Assembly: GCF_963506605.1 (NCBI RefSeq)
Contig: NC_083282.1
Location: forward strand, 95,232,001 to 95,296,000
DNA: 64,000 bases
Source: Zootoca vivipara
Lineage: Eukaryota
Direction: 5' to 3'
Under the pieces are notes generated by a model that ran no database searches, was not told the DNA's origin, and saw nothing but the letters and a program-made list of their open reading frames with translations. Every line of letters starts with the position of its first letter. The first letter of the stretch is position 1. The position numbers and the translations under genes are program-made. This document shows positions 46,660 to 59,385 of this stretch, in pieces.

Positions 46660-48200
46660 GGTGGCACTTGCCCTGCAAGAGGTGGAGGAGGAGAGCAAGC
46701 CGTTGGCCCCAGAGGCACAGAGTTAAACTGTGGAACTCCCTCCCACAGGACTGGACAAAACTTGATTTTCTTACAACATGATTCAAGAAAGCTCTGTGTA
46801 CTTTAACCTTTTCATACCACAAATATGCATGCCACGTATTCTTTAATAATATCCATTCCCTTGTGCTCAAATCCTGCTTGTGGGTTTCGCATTGGCTACT
46901 GTGAGGACAGGGGGCTGGACTAGATGGACCCTCTTTGGCCTGATCCAGCTGTAGGGCTCCCCTTATGTTCTTATGGTCTGTGGGCAGCAGCTCCCTCTCC
47001 TTCCCCATCTCTCCACCCCCGCAAGGCATGTGTGCCAGGGGCTGTGCGGGACGCAGAAGTGGCGTAAGTCCCACCCACAGTGCTGAGGGCCAGTGATCTG
47101 ATGGGCACTTGGCCATCTTGAGCACTATTCACTGCGCAGAGTCTTCTGAGGAAACCCTCCTCCACATTACAGGCAGAGCAACAGAAACCTCCCCTCCCCG
47201 GCGCAGGGGGGGGGGGTCGAATTTGGATGCAAATGGCTCTGTGCCAGTCTAAGACGAGAACTTCCTGGGCCCAATTCAAGGTCCTCAGCTGGAAGTGAAA
47301 GTCCCTGAATGACCCGGGTCCCCAATTCCTGAGAGAACGCCACCTCCCGCACGCACCCACCTGCTCATGCGCTGTGATCCTCAGCTGACTTTTCTGGGGG
47401 CTCCATGCTAAGCTGGGGGTGGGGCCCTTTGGGAAAGAACCTTTTTGGCGGGGGGGGGGGGTCTGTGCCTGTCAAATGACCTCCCCACTGAAGTGCTTCT
47501 CCTGCCAACTTTATCTTCTTTTAGGTGCCTGATTTTAAAAAGAACTTTTTTTCTCATGTTCTTAAAGGCTGGTATGTGAATGATGTTCTTTATGGGGCTT
47601 GGTAATTTTCATGTTTCTATGTCTTACGCATTACACTTTTACAGGATTTATTTATTGAAATTATTTATTTATTGAATTTATCTCCTTCCTTGAAGGTTTA
47701 TAAGCAGAGGTTGGATGGCCGTCTATCATGGAGGCTTCAGCTGAGATTCCTGCATTGCAGAGGGTTGGACTGGATGACCCTTGGGGGTCCCTTCCGACTC
47801 TACCATTCTAGGGTTCTAGGGTTTTGTACCCTACTCTTCCCCTAGGAGGAGCCTTGTTTTTATAACAATTTTTTGTGAAGTGCTGGATGGACACCAGTCA
47901 GTCGACAGGTGAAGAAAGACACAAAGCTCCTTTCACCCAGAGGTGCCTGGTGAGCCTCCCAGAGCGCCTGTCCGATGGTCCACGCTGAGAGCTGAGAGGG
48001 CTGGAGAAGACAGGCCTTTGGGTCAGAGCTGGTGGGGGACTCCCTGGGCGTTTTCTTCAGAGCATGGCAGTGGCTTGCGAGGTTTCAGATGTCCACACTC
48101 CTGCATTGCAGCAGGGGCTGAACTACAGGACCCTTGGGGTCCCCTCCAACATCACAGTTCTAGAATTCTAAGTTTTTTAAAGATTGAAAGGAGGCTAGAC

Positions 48201-48336
48201 CAGGCATCCCCAAACTGCGGCCCTCCAGATGTTTTGGCCTACAACTCCCATGATCCCTAGCTAACAGGACCAGTGGTTGGGGAAGATGGGAATTGTAGTC
48301 CAAAACATCTGGAGGGCCGAAGTTTGGGGATGCCTG
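48201..48336. mobile_element. 136-bp hAT-type MITE
   Basis: TIR CAGGCATCCCCAAACT; perfect 8-bp TSD GGCTAGAC. Confidence 0.92.
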
Positions 48337-48839
48337 GGCTAGACCCAATTCGTGGGGTGAGGATCAGAGGGGTCCTTGCTGGGAAGCAAGAAGGATGCTC
48401 TCTTGACCCCGGCCAGCCAGAGCTTCTAGACGGGACCCCACCAACCGCAGCTTGGTGCTTGGTCTCTTCTAAGGAAGGGGAAGCCTCCTCCTCCTCCTCC
48501 TCCTCCTCCTCCTCCTCCAACAGCTGCTACTCCTGAGCAGAGCCTCCATGTTCAGAAGCACTTATCCCCTAAGTTCCATAGGACGGGCAATACACACCAG
48601 GGACGCAAACGTGTGGCCAGCGGGGCTGTGGAGATCTGGCCGCTGGCCCAGAGGGGGGAGTCCAGCCTGCGGACTCTCCTCGTTCCTCTTTCTTATGCTT
48701 GTCCTTTGTGTGTATGGCGGGGGGGGGGGATCTGGCGAGCTGCTGGGAGATCAGGAGTTTGAGGTCAGGCTGGGGCCAGAGTTTTCCAGCGGCTCCCTTC
48801 GGGCTCGCTTCTCTTCTCCTCCACTTAGCCTGAGCATCG

Positions 48840-50120
48840 GGCGCAGCCTCGCCGGCCGGGACTAAAAGCACTGAGACTAAAGGCACCGGGGAGACCTCGG
48901 GCGCTGTGGGCGGGGTGCCAGGCTCCCGCACCTCCTTGACGCCCCCCCCCCACCTCTCCATGCCCCCTGCTGGGAAGGCGCCTCTGGAAACCCGCCGCCT
49001 CCGCCGCCTCCTCCTTCCCCCCCCCCCATCGCGGGCACGTCTGGGCCGGTCATGCCCGCTCCAGACGCCCGGAGGCTCCTCGCCAGACGCGCATCACGAG
49101 CCCCGGCTCCGCGCTTCCCCCTTTCAGCGGCTTCGCGGGCGACGCCGGGCTTTGTTCCTTCCTCGCGGGGAAGGGTAGGTTCTCTCCCCCCCACCACACA
49201 CGTGTTGCCCGCGACCGTGTGAAGGGGGCGGCGGGGACCCAACGCTCCTTTCTCCCCCTCCCGCTGCAGATATCTCGTGACTTGCGGACGAAGCCCGCTA
49301 ACTCCCCTCCGTCTGTCCACCAAGCCCTGGCCAAGCCAGCAGTCTCCCGGTGCATCACAGCGCGCGCGACAGAGAGAGGGGAGACCGGGGGGGGGGTGGT
49401 CTCTTCCAAGCCGATGTTTCCACCCCCCGCAAGCGGAATCTCGGCGGAAAACAGAGAGGGGAGCTTGCTTGCAGGGCCAGCTGTGGCCGAGGGGTCCTCG
49501 CCTGCCCCCCACCCAAAGCAGGGCTTCCCGGGGGGGGGCTGGTCAAGGAGGGTCCTGCAAGTGGGAGAAGCGGTCCCCCTCTCCAGCCCTTCCCTCTCTG
49601 CAAACTGGGAGAGAGGCACCTCCTCCCCGCGCGGCGCCGCGCACTTGCCGGCTGCGCTGGTTCCTCGCTCGGCGGCGTCTGCTCCGGCCTCTCCTCGCCC
49701 AGGGTCCCGGCTTGCCCGCTTGCGCGCCCGCCCGGCGCCTTTATACTCCCTCCTGGCGCTTCTCCGCCCGCCCCAGCGGAGGAGGGGACAGCCCAGGCGG
49801 GAGAGGCGAGGCCACTCGGGGCCGGCGCAGGCAGGCAGGCAGGCAAGCGAGGGAACGGGGCGCAGTTGCTCCGGGGTTGGCGCCCCGGGGTGTGCAGAAC
49901 AGGAGCCTTGCTGCGCGCATCCCTCGCCGCACCTTGAGGAGCGGCGGAGCTGGCCTGGAGGCTCTCTGGACCGGCGCCTGCTTCCAAGTAGCTCCCAGGG
50001 CGCCCCAGAATGAGCGGCGCTCCACCGGCTGGGAAGCCAGCGTTGTCAGCTCTGGCTGGCAGCGGCAGCAGCTCGCCTCGCCCTCTCGGTCCCGGAAGGG
50101 CCTCCTTTCCACCGCCTGGC
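48840..50120 (-). promoter_or_regulatory. PLTP: PLTP CpG island with TATA box (49745-49740) and non-coding exon 1 (~49712-49649)
   Basis: CpG-dense; minus-strand TATAAA; donor candidate CCG|GCAAGT. Confidence 0.7.
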
Positions 50121-53100
50121 CCTCCTGCCTGCTTGAACTGGAGCTGAGCAATGAGCTTCTTGCCCCTTGCCTTCCCAAAGCGCCTTGGGGGTTTCTCTGA
50201 CTGGGTTATCTTCACAACAACCCTGTAAGCTGGGTTAGACTGAGCCACCTTCGCCCACGGAGCAGGGAACTGGCCCTTAGTCTGCCCCACCCCAAGGCTC
50301 CATCAGGAGAGCCCTTGTCTGGACAAAAGAAATAAACCAGATTTGCTGTGAGAAAAATGAGTTACGGTACTTCTTGCATTCCTACCCCAACTTTTTATTC
50401 AAGGCCGTCTACATGATTCTTTTTCCTCTCCTCATTCAATCCTCCTCACAACAGCTCTGTGAGGTAGGTTGGGCTGAGAGGCAGTGGCCGGCCAAGGTCA
50501 CACCCAGTGAGCTTCATGGCCGAGGGAGGATTTGAACCCAGGTCTCTTCCAGGACCTAATCTGGGTCTCACTTTTGATGCCCGGAGAAGCAGAGCCCAAA
50601 GAGGCAACCATTTAGAGCACAGGAAGCCACATGGCAGAGAATCAGGCCCCCACCCACAGGAATTTAGGCATGGGTCTTTCTCTTGCCCTCCCAATCTGGA
50701 GGTGCTTGAACCCGGAGCCTCCTGCGGGGTCAACCACTGAGCTTCTCCAGTTCAGCTTGCACCATTTGGACCCCAATTCCTGCCTTCATTTTTTCCCTTC
50801 CTCCCTCCCCTTCAATTGCCTTCTGAGTCGGCTTGCAAGGCTGGGGCTGGCTGTGTTTCCTTTTGTGGGCTGGAATGGCCTAACTGCTCAGACATGGGGA
50901 CATCAGTGTGACTCGGCCATCCTGATGGGGTCCATAACCTTATCGGGATTCCAAAAGCAGCAGGCTCCTCTCCTGGCCCCATCTCCCCAGGGTGCTGAGC
51001 TCCCCAGGTGACCTGGCAGACCCACAGAGGGAGGCAGGTCTTGAAGGGTCCCTGGAGCCATGGGGAGTTCCAGACACAAGGTGGGAGAGGGTGTTATTTA
51101 GGAGGAGCTGGACTACAGCTTGGGCCTCTGGGGTGGGCCTGAGAGAGGACATTGAAGGCCAGGGTCCTTGTGGGTTGAGTCCCTGTGCTTCCTGCCTACC
51201 CACCCCTTTTCCTGCTTCCAAGCTGGATCCCACAGGTTTTGCTGCTGGGGGAGGAGGGGGACCTCAGCAGTGCCCCCCCCCCCGCCTCTGGCTAGGCTTG
51301 GCCCTCCTGCACTTTGATGAATGCCACATTGGAGGGGGGGAGCCCTGTGTGTTTCCCCACAGCAGGTTGCTTCCCTCCTGCCATTGAAACCACTTATCAA
51401 AGCAGCCCTGCCTTCCTTCCTGTCGCCTCCCAGGCTTCTGATGTGACTGCAAGCACGTCTCCCTGCATGGAAGAACCCCGCAAAGGGCCGGCTCTCTGCC
51501 TTCCAGCGGCAAGTCAGCACATAAGGCTTGAAGAAGAGCCTGCTGGATCAGGCCAATGGCCCATCTGCTTCTAGAAACCAACATGGCGTCATGGTTAGAG
51601 TGTCAGGCTTGGGTTCAGGTCCGCAGAGAATAGGGTCAAATCCCCACTTGGCCACGAAGCTCACTGGGGGCCTGTCATTGCCCCTCAGCCTAGCCTACCT
51701 CACAAGGTTGTTGTGAGGATTAAATGTGGAGAGGAGGAACCACATACTGTACACCGTATAAAGTTCCTTGGTGATAAAGGTGCACACAAACAAACAAATA
51801 GTTGCCATTGACAGACAAATTCATGGAGGCCAAGACTCTCTCTTTCCTTAGGGGCAAAACTAGTATGTTTTGCTTTTTAAAATAAGTGTCTGTTCAGTGC
51901 TGCCAGTGCCCATGATCTGTTTGGGCTGGTATCGGTCTTGTCAAGTTAGCCAAAGCAAATGGAGCAGGAGAGTTTGAAGAGGGACTTTGCTGATTCCATT
52001 ATGGCAGTGGCATGTGGTCTGTGGACTAGGCCAGGCCTCTAAATGTTCCCGGTAAATTAGAGTATTAAAGTATTAATGCCTGGCGCCTCCTTCCCAATGC
52101 CTGGGAAGCTTCTGGCCGGCTTAGAGAGGGAGGAGGGATGCTCACGACTGCAACGTCACAGGCACAACATCCCCCCCCCATTGCCCTCGCAAGCTGGCGC
52201 CTCTGGCCCTAACTGACCCCCTACGAAAAAATTCACTGCATAACCACTGCATTATAGTCCACCTGAGAGGGAGGGAGGGAGGGAGGGAGATGTCATGGGG
52301 GCAAACTGGGCTGGGAAACATGAAGGGTCCGCACTGCAAGGCATCTTTCTGACTCCAATCATCTCCAAATCAGACCGAGCGGGGATTGAATGAGAGCAAG
52401 AAAGCAGGCGAGCTCCCCAGGCACAGAAAAGAGCACCTCTCCCTGTTCTGCTTCTTCCTCATTTCCCTGCTAACCTTCCGAGAAAACCCCAACATCCCTC
52501 CCAGATTGGAGGTTGGGGCGAAATGCACCACTGGGCGACTCTGCATTCCAGAGATACTACTTTGGAGTTTTCTGTGCTGAGCATCCAGTGCCTCCGAAAT
52601 GCTCCCAGGCTCAGCCTCCGATGCCCGCCTTCCTTCTTGGCACCCAAATGCCAGCACAGGTCCTTGCAGGAGCGACACACCTTTCCTACCGTATGATTCA
52701 CTGTCAGAAGCGAGGGCAGGCGGAGGCGGCGATGGCATGGGAAATCAGCAGGACTTATCTTACACCTCTCTCTCTTTTTTTCTTGTTTTTTGCAGCCAGG
52801 GACAAAATAAGAAAGAGCAGCGTCCCTAGTCCCAGTCCCTAGTCCCAGTTCCATCCTGCCCACTATGGGGTTGCCTTTGTCCCCTGCCCCATCCCTCAGT
52901 GACACTTGCAATGAGCCTGTGGGTGGGTGGGTGGGGGGACGTTAAGAAGGTTTAATGCTGGTGGGAATCCCTTTCTTAGCATGTTTAGGACTATGGCTCC
53001 ATGGCAGCAGGAAAACAGTTGCCCCTTCTTCCTTTCTGTGCCTCTGACCGGCAGCAGCTCCGACCACAACTAATCAGCTAATCTCTACTAGTACTTTAAT

Positions 53101-53681
53101 AAGCAACCCTGGAATTTGTTCTTGCAAAGGCTGTTATACAATGACATTTGCTTTCTTCAGCCGTAGAGTTTGTGGGGTTTGCAGGCAGGTGGTCCCCGGT
53201 CCAGTCCCCAACGGCATCTCCAGTGGGGGCTGGAAGGGGCTCCTTTGCCTGAAACCTGGGAGAGGGGCAGGCAATACTGAAATGGTGGGACCACTGCTCC
53301 AACTCAACGCAAGGCAGCTTCCTGGGCTTCCTGGGCTCTTGAACGGTGTATTGTTCTGAAAGGAGAGAGATGGGTTTGGCAGTTTATAAGGTTCCCCTCC
53401 CTGCCACTTTACTTCTCCTGCTCCTTTCACTTAAGTTTTGAAGAGAAACAGGAGGCAGTGATGCCCGCTTATTTGGATGGGTTTAAAAGAGGGTTGGACA
53501 AAACAATGGAGGAGGAGAGGATGGCCATGCTTCTCTCTCCACAGTCAGAGGCAGCGATGTTTCCGAATATTCCCAGTTGCTGGAAACCACAGGGCGGGGA
53601 GATGGTTGCTCTTGTGCTCAGGTCCTGCTTATGGGCTTCCCATGTGGGCATCTGGCTGGCCCCTGTGAGATTCAGCCATCA

Positions 53682-54420
53682 CATAGAATAATAGAATCAC
53701 AGAGTTGGAAGAGACCACAAGGGCCACCCCATCCAACCCCCTGCCAAGCAGGAAACACCATCAAAGCATTCCTGACATATGCCTGTCAAGCCTCTGCTTA
53801 AAGACCTCCAAAGAAGGAGACTCCACCACACTCCTTGGCAGCAAATCCCACTGTCAAACAGCTCTTACTGTCAGGAAGTTCTTCCTAATGTTTAGGTGGA
53901 ATCTTCTTTCTTGTAGTTTGAATCCATTGCTCCGTGTCCGCTTCTCTGGAGCAGCAGAAAACAACCTTTCTCCCTCCTCCATATGACATCCTTTCATATA
54001 TTTGAACATGGCTATCATATCACCCCTTAACCTTCTCTTCTCCAGGCTAAACATACCCAGCTCCCTAAGCCGTTCCTCATAAGGCATCATTTCCAGGCCT
54101 TTGACCATTTTGGTTGCCCTCCTCTGGACACGTTCCAGCTTGTCAGTATCCTTCTTGAACTGTGGTGCCCAGAACTGGACACAGTACTCCAGGTGAGGTC
54201 TGACCAGAGCAGAATACAGTGGTACTATTACTTCCCTTGATCTAGATGCTATACTCCTATTGATGCAGCCCAGAATTGCATTGGCTTTTTTAGCTGCTGC
54301 ATCACATTGCTGACTCATGTCAAGTTTGTGGTCTACCAAGACTCCTAGATCCTTTTCACATGTACTGCTCTCAAGCCAGGTGTCACCCATCCTGTATTTG
54401 TGCCTTTCATTTTTTTTTCC
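53682..54420 (-). mobile_element. Young CR1 LINE, 5'-truncated
   Basis: ORF 53854-54390 CR1 ORF2 C-terminus; tail repeat. Confidence 0.96.
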
Positions 54421-55592
54421 TGTGCCAACTTTTAAATGTTTGCTGAAAACTTCTATTTCTCCAGGCCTGTGCAGGTGCCTAAGAGCACATCTCCCACAAT
54501 TGGCTTATTGATGCTTTTAGCCACTTTGCTTTCTAAAATTGTTATTGATACTTTTATTGTATGGTTTTTACATCTTTAACATTGCTTGCTTCTGTGCATC
54601 TGAACTGTCTGCTCAACTCATTCAAGGATTCCCAAACTTTATCTGGCCTCGCCTCCTTGGTTAAACTCAACCCTAGTGTCCCCTACCCTATTAAAAACAT
54701 TATTCAGAATAGTGGTTTGCACGACCCACCAGGGAAGACAATAACATTCAAAACAGTAAGAAGTAATTGTACGTTAATTCAAAATCCAGTGAAAGCAATT
54801 TAATTAATTCAAGGAAACTGATGAGCTTGAGTTTTTTCCAAGTCTGATAGGCCTCCCTGCCACTTAGCATCCCCCCCCAGTAATTCCTCCACCAACCAGC
54901 GGCACAACTGCCCACTTTGGAAAGCGCTGCTGCTAATTCATTACAAGCAAAAATACACCATCGCCACCAACGGCTTATTACAGACAGTAAAAATTCCCAC
55001 CACTGTGTTTTCACTGCAGCAAAACTACTTCTTGTCCTCTCCAACTTTTCAATGGCCTTTCTGCCTCTGGGCTTTTGCTCAGCCAGTGGCAGATTTAGCC
55101 CAGGAGGTCTATGGTTTGGACAAGGCTGAGCGTGCCAGAGGCCCCCGCCCTGGAAAGTACTACTGGCCAAGCCTGGAGCGTTTGAGGGCTGCCCTTCTGC
55201 AAGACAGCCTCCAGCTGGAAGAGATGCAGGAGGCAAAGGAGAGCCCAGGGCAAGCCAGGGACCACAGCAGGGCAGAGATGAGAGAGGCTTTGCAAACCAA
55301 AATAGCTGTGGGCGCAATGACTCACTCTGGGAGGGCCAGTGGGGGGAACAGCCCATTCTCACCAGGCTGTAAGGGGCAAAGCCTTGCTCTGACCACAAGA
55401 CTGAGCCAGATTTGATGCAGGTGGGTCCCTGGTGGCCATTTGGATGCAGTAACAGGGAGGGAGGAAATGTTTTGGATGAGGCCGCTAGGCCAAGAGCAAA
55501 AGAGTGAGGAATTAATGGAAGCCATTTCCCCCATCAAAATCCCCGCCAGCCGATTTCCACCCCATGGTGGGGTGGAAGAGATACTGGACTCC

Positions 55593-55634
<42 letters not shown>

Positions 55635-55722
55635 ATACAATTTAGGGATATGGAGTTTAGGCAGAGGGCTAAGCAGATTCTCTGTCTCATGGCTGCCCCA
55701 AGCAAATTTCAAAACCCACAAG

Positions 55723-55755
<33 letters not shown>
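55593..55755. repeat. (TAT)n and (AAT)n microsatellites
   Basis: Tracts at ~55593-55632 and ~55723-55755. Confidence 0.9.
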
Positions 55756-56339
55756 GACATTTCTAACTCACATCCGTTGTAGCTCTTTTGGAAACAGCTT
55801 TAGAAGATTGCAGAGCGCCACGCACTGAGGGATGCAGCCCCAAAGTTGGATGCTTTCAAAATGCCCCCTTAAAAGAAGGGCCCTCACCGCTCAGGGGCAA
55901 AGCCTCCACTCTGCCAACCGCAGCTCCCGGGCCGTGGCATCTCCAGACAGGGCTGGGCAAGAAATCCTGGAGAGCAACTGCCACTCCATGTAGAAGACAA
56001 TACTGGGCTGGATGGGCCAGTAGGTCAGACTCAGGAGAAGACAGCGTCCAGCAGCAGCAACAGCAGGCTGAGAAGGGTCAATATTTTCTCCCTCTTCCCA
56101 AAGTAACTTCATTACTACTGGGGGGTGACCAAAGATTCATTCATCTCCTTCTAAACTCCTATCTCCTAAGGCAGTTTGCATCCATCGAAAACCAGTCAAA
56201 ACCCCTTTTGCTTTTAAATTATTTTATTTTTTCATGCTTTTATTTTTTGTAAACTTGTAAACCGCTTTGACATGTTTTGTGATTTAGCAATACAATATAT
56301 AAACGCCTTTATAAATAAAGTAAGATGCAAACAATACAT

Positions 56340-56892
56340 AAGCCAAAGGATAAATGGACATAAATCTGACATCAGGAACCACAAGACAGAGAAACCAGTA
56401 GAAGAACACTTCAATCTCCCAGGACATTCTATACAAGATCTCAAAGCAGCTGTTTTATTACAGAAAAATTTCAGGAACAGACTGGAAAGAGAAGTTGCTG
56501 AATTGGAACTCATTACCAAGCTTAAAACCATGGAGCCACCTGGGATGAACAAAGACATTGGATTCTTATCTCATTATGCATGATCAAGCTTTCTTTAGCG
56601 CCTCAGCCCTTGCTTTTTCCCCGCAGGACCTATTGCAGTCATCAGCAGTCGTTAACAGCCATCTACAGGTTTACCACTCCCATCAGCCCATCACCCATTC
56701 CCCCCACCCCACCCCCACCCTCTGTATATGCATAAGGGACTGACTTCTTTTTCAAGTGTATCTGAAGAATTGTGCATGCACACAAAAGCTCATACCAAAA
56801 TAAAAACTTAGTTGGTCTTTAAGGTGCTACTGAAGGAATTTTTTTATTTTGCTTCAACTCAGACCAACACGGCTACCTACCTGTAACTAGAA
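56340..56892 (+). mobile_element. Penelope-like element 3' part: GIY-YIG endonuclease C-terminus plus pseudo-LTR with a mutated hammerhead (56758-56795)
   Basis: QRINGHKSDI...PVEEHFNLPGHSIQDLK...ELELITKLKTMEPPGMN; GAAA changed to AAAA in the ribozyme core. Confidence 0.9.
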
Positions 56893-57164
56893 CTTTTGGA
56901 ACAAAAATGTCTTCAGTTGTTTCCCGAAACTGCTGGCTGTGGATGCCGGTGGATGGCCCCACGGAACAGGGGCAGCTACACTACAAGCCCTGCTAAGGAA
57001 TGGGCTTCTGACATCGACTGCAGTGATGTGTAAGGGACAAGGCAAGGTCCTGAGCTGTAGAGGCACTTGAACTACTTGACATGTAGTGAGCACTGACAGC
57101 CATTGCAAATACCGCAAGGAGGGAGTTATATATCTGCCTTGAAATATCCCATCAACAATGTCTC

Positions 57165-57725
57165 CAATTTTTTTTTACACATCACTTGGGAAGACAGGCA
57201 AACTAATATCAGTGTCCTGGAAGAAGCAAAGATCACCAGTGTTGAAGCAATGATTCTTCAACATCAACTTCGTTGGACTGGTCATGTTGTGCGGATGCCT
57301 GATAGTCGTCTTCCAAATAAACTACTCTATTCTGAACTTAAAAATGGAAAGCGTAATGCTGGTGGTCAACAAAAGAGGTTTAAAGACTCTCTCAAGGCAA
57401 ATAAATCTTTAAAAATGTAGTATAAACACCAACAATTGGGAAACACTTGCCTGCGAGAGCTCCAGTTGGAGAACAGCCTTTACCAAAGGTGTCATGGGCT
57501 TTGAAGAAACTCGATCTCAGGATGCAAGGGAGAAACGCGCTAAGAGGAAGGCACACTTGGCAAATCCACACCGTGATCAACTCCCACCCGGAAACCAATG
57601 TCCCCACTGTGGAAGGACGTGTGGATCCAAAATTGGCCTCCACAGTCACTTACGGACTCACTGTTAAGACCGTGTTCATAGAAGACAATCTTACTTGGCT
57701 ACAAGTGATCGCCAAAAGAGACTAT
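57165..57725 (+). mobile_element. RTE-clade LINE 3' fragment
   Basis: ITWEDRQTNISVLEEA...QLRWTGHVVRMPDSRLP...GGQQKRFKDSLK; terminal CPHCGRTCGSKIGLHSH. Confidence 0.88.
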
Positions 57726-57746
57726 GCTGGCGGTAATCCCCCCCAA

Positions 57747-58466
57747 CATAGAATCGTAGAGTTGGAAGAGACCACAAGGGCCATCCAGTCCAACCCCCTG
57801 CCAAGCAGGAAACACCATCAAAGCATTCTTGACAGATTGCTGTCAAGCCTCTGCTTAAAGACCTCCAAAGGAGGAGACTCCACCACACTTCTTGGCAGCA
57901 AATTCCACTGCCGAACAGCTCTTACTGTCAGGACGTTCTTCCTAATGTTTAGGTGGAAACTTCTTTCTTGTAGTTTGAATCCATTGCTCCGTGTCATTTT
58001 GCTCTAAGGTCATTTTGCAGTGTGATCCTGTCCTCTGGGGTATTAGCCACCCCTCCCAATTTGGTGTCATCTGCAAACTTGCTCAGGATGTCCTCAAGCC
58101 CATCATCCAAGTCATTGATAAAGATGTTGAATAAGACTGGGCCCAAGACAGAACCCTGTGGCACCCCACTAGCCACTACTCTCCAGGATGAGAAGGAGCC
58201 ATTGATGAGCACCCTTTGGGTTCGGTCAGTAAGCCAGCTACAAATCCACTGAATGGTAGCATTGTCTAGCCCACATTTTACCAGCTTCTTTACAAGAATA
58301 TCATGGGGCACCTTGTCAAAGGCCTTGCTGAAATCAAGATAGGCTACATCCACAGCATTCCCTTCATCTACCAGGCTTGTAATTCTGTCAAAAAATGAGA
58401 TCAGATTAGTCTGACATGACTTATTTTTCAGAAACCCATGCTGACTTTTCGTGATCACAGCGTTCC
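57747..58466 (-). mobile_element. Young CR1 with internal deletion (RT core fused to 3' end)
   Basis: ORF 57994-58533 QHGF...[11 protein letters not shown]...[10 protein letters not shown]...KFADDTKL joined at ~57995 to the 3' terminus. Confidence 0.92.
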
Positions 58467-58588
58467 AACATGCCAGCTGTTGCATTCTGCACCAGCTGCA
58501 GCCTCTGAATTGACCCCAAGAGTAGCCCCACAAAGAGCGCAGTGCAGGAATTCAACCATGAGGTGACCAACGCAGGGCAAGGTCAAGC

Positions 58589-58848
58589 CATGGGTAGGCA
58601 AACTAAGGCGCAGGGGCAGGATCCGGGCCAATCGCTTTCTAAATCTGGCCCGCGGACGGTTCAGGAATCAGCGTGTTTTTACATGAGTAGAATGTGTGCT
58701 TTTATTTAATATACATCTCTGGGTTATTTGTGGGGCATAGGAATTCGTTCATATTTCATTTATTTTTTCAAAATAAAGTCCGACCCCCCCACAAGGTCTG
58801 AGGGACAGTGGACCGGCCCCCTGCTGAAAAAGTTGACCCCTGACCCTG
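58589..58848. mobile_element. Degenerate non-autonomous hAT (Charlie-type) element
   Basis: catgggtaggcaaact...ggtctgagggacagtggaccggccccctg...aaaagttgacccctg; TSD degenerate. Confidence 0.6.
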
Positions 58849-59314
58849 CCTTAAGCTATCGTGACAATGGCGGGGGTACTGGGAAGGCTCTGCGTGATAC
58901 TCACGCCCATATCTTGCATCTTGATTTCTTTTCGTCAATAAACGGAAACCAAGAGCTCAGTGACTCCTGGACTGTTTACTGACCCAAATATAAACAGACT
59001 GTGGAAGCTCTGCTCTTTCTGCCAACTTGCAGTCCGCATGCAGCTGCTCTTTCCTCGAGGACAACCAGGGTTGCAACATTTAAAAGCCACCCATACTTTT
59101 GCTTTGGTTAGCAAGTTCCAAATCCTTTTTTTTTTCTAAGGGACTGCCCTGCCTCTGAGGGCGGAGGAGGAAAAAACAGTTCACACTCTTGGGTATCAGA
59201 ACCAGCTTCTTCAAAGGGTTCCATAAAAATGTCCTATTGCACTGCATTTCCTTCTGCACAGCAAATGTTTATGGCCCCATCTGAACACTGAGGGAGATGC
59301 ACGTATAAAAAGGT

Positions 59315-59385
59315 CATAGAATCATAGAGTTGGAAGAGACCACAAGGGCCATCCAGTCCAACCCCCTGCCAAGCAGGAAACACCT
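59315..59385 (-). mobile_element. Very short CR1 3' tail
   Basis: catagaatcatagagttggaagagacc...gcaggaaacacc. Confidence 0.85.

Noticed and set aside
48877-50290. Several 190-311 aa ORFs over the PLTP promoter
   Set aside because: CpG-island artefacts, open on both strands, with no family signature
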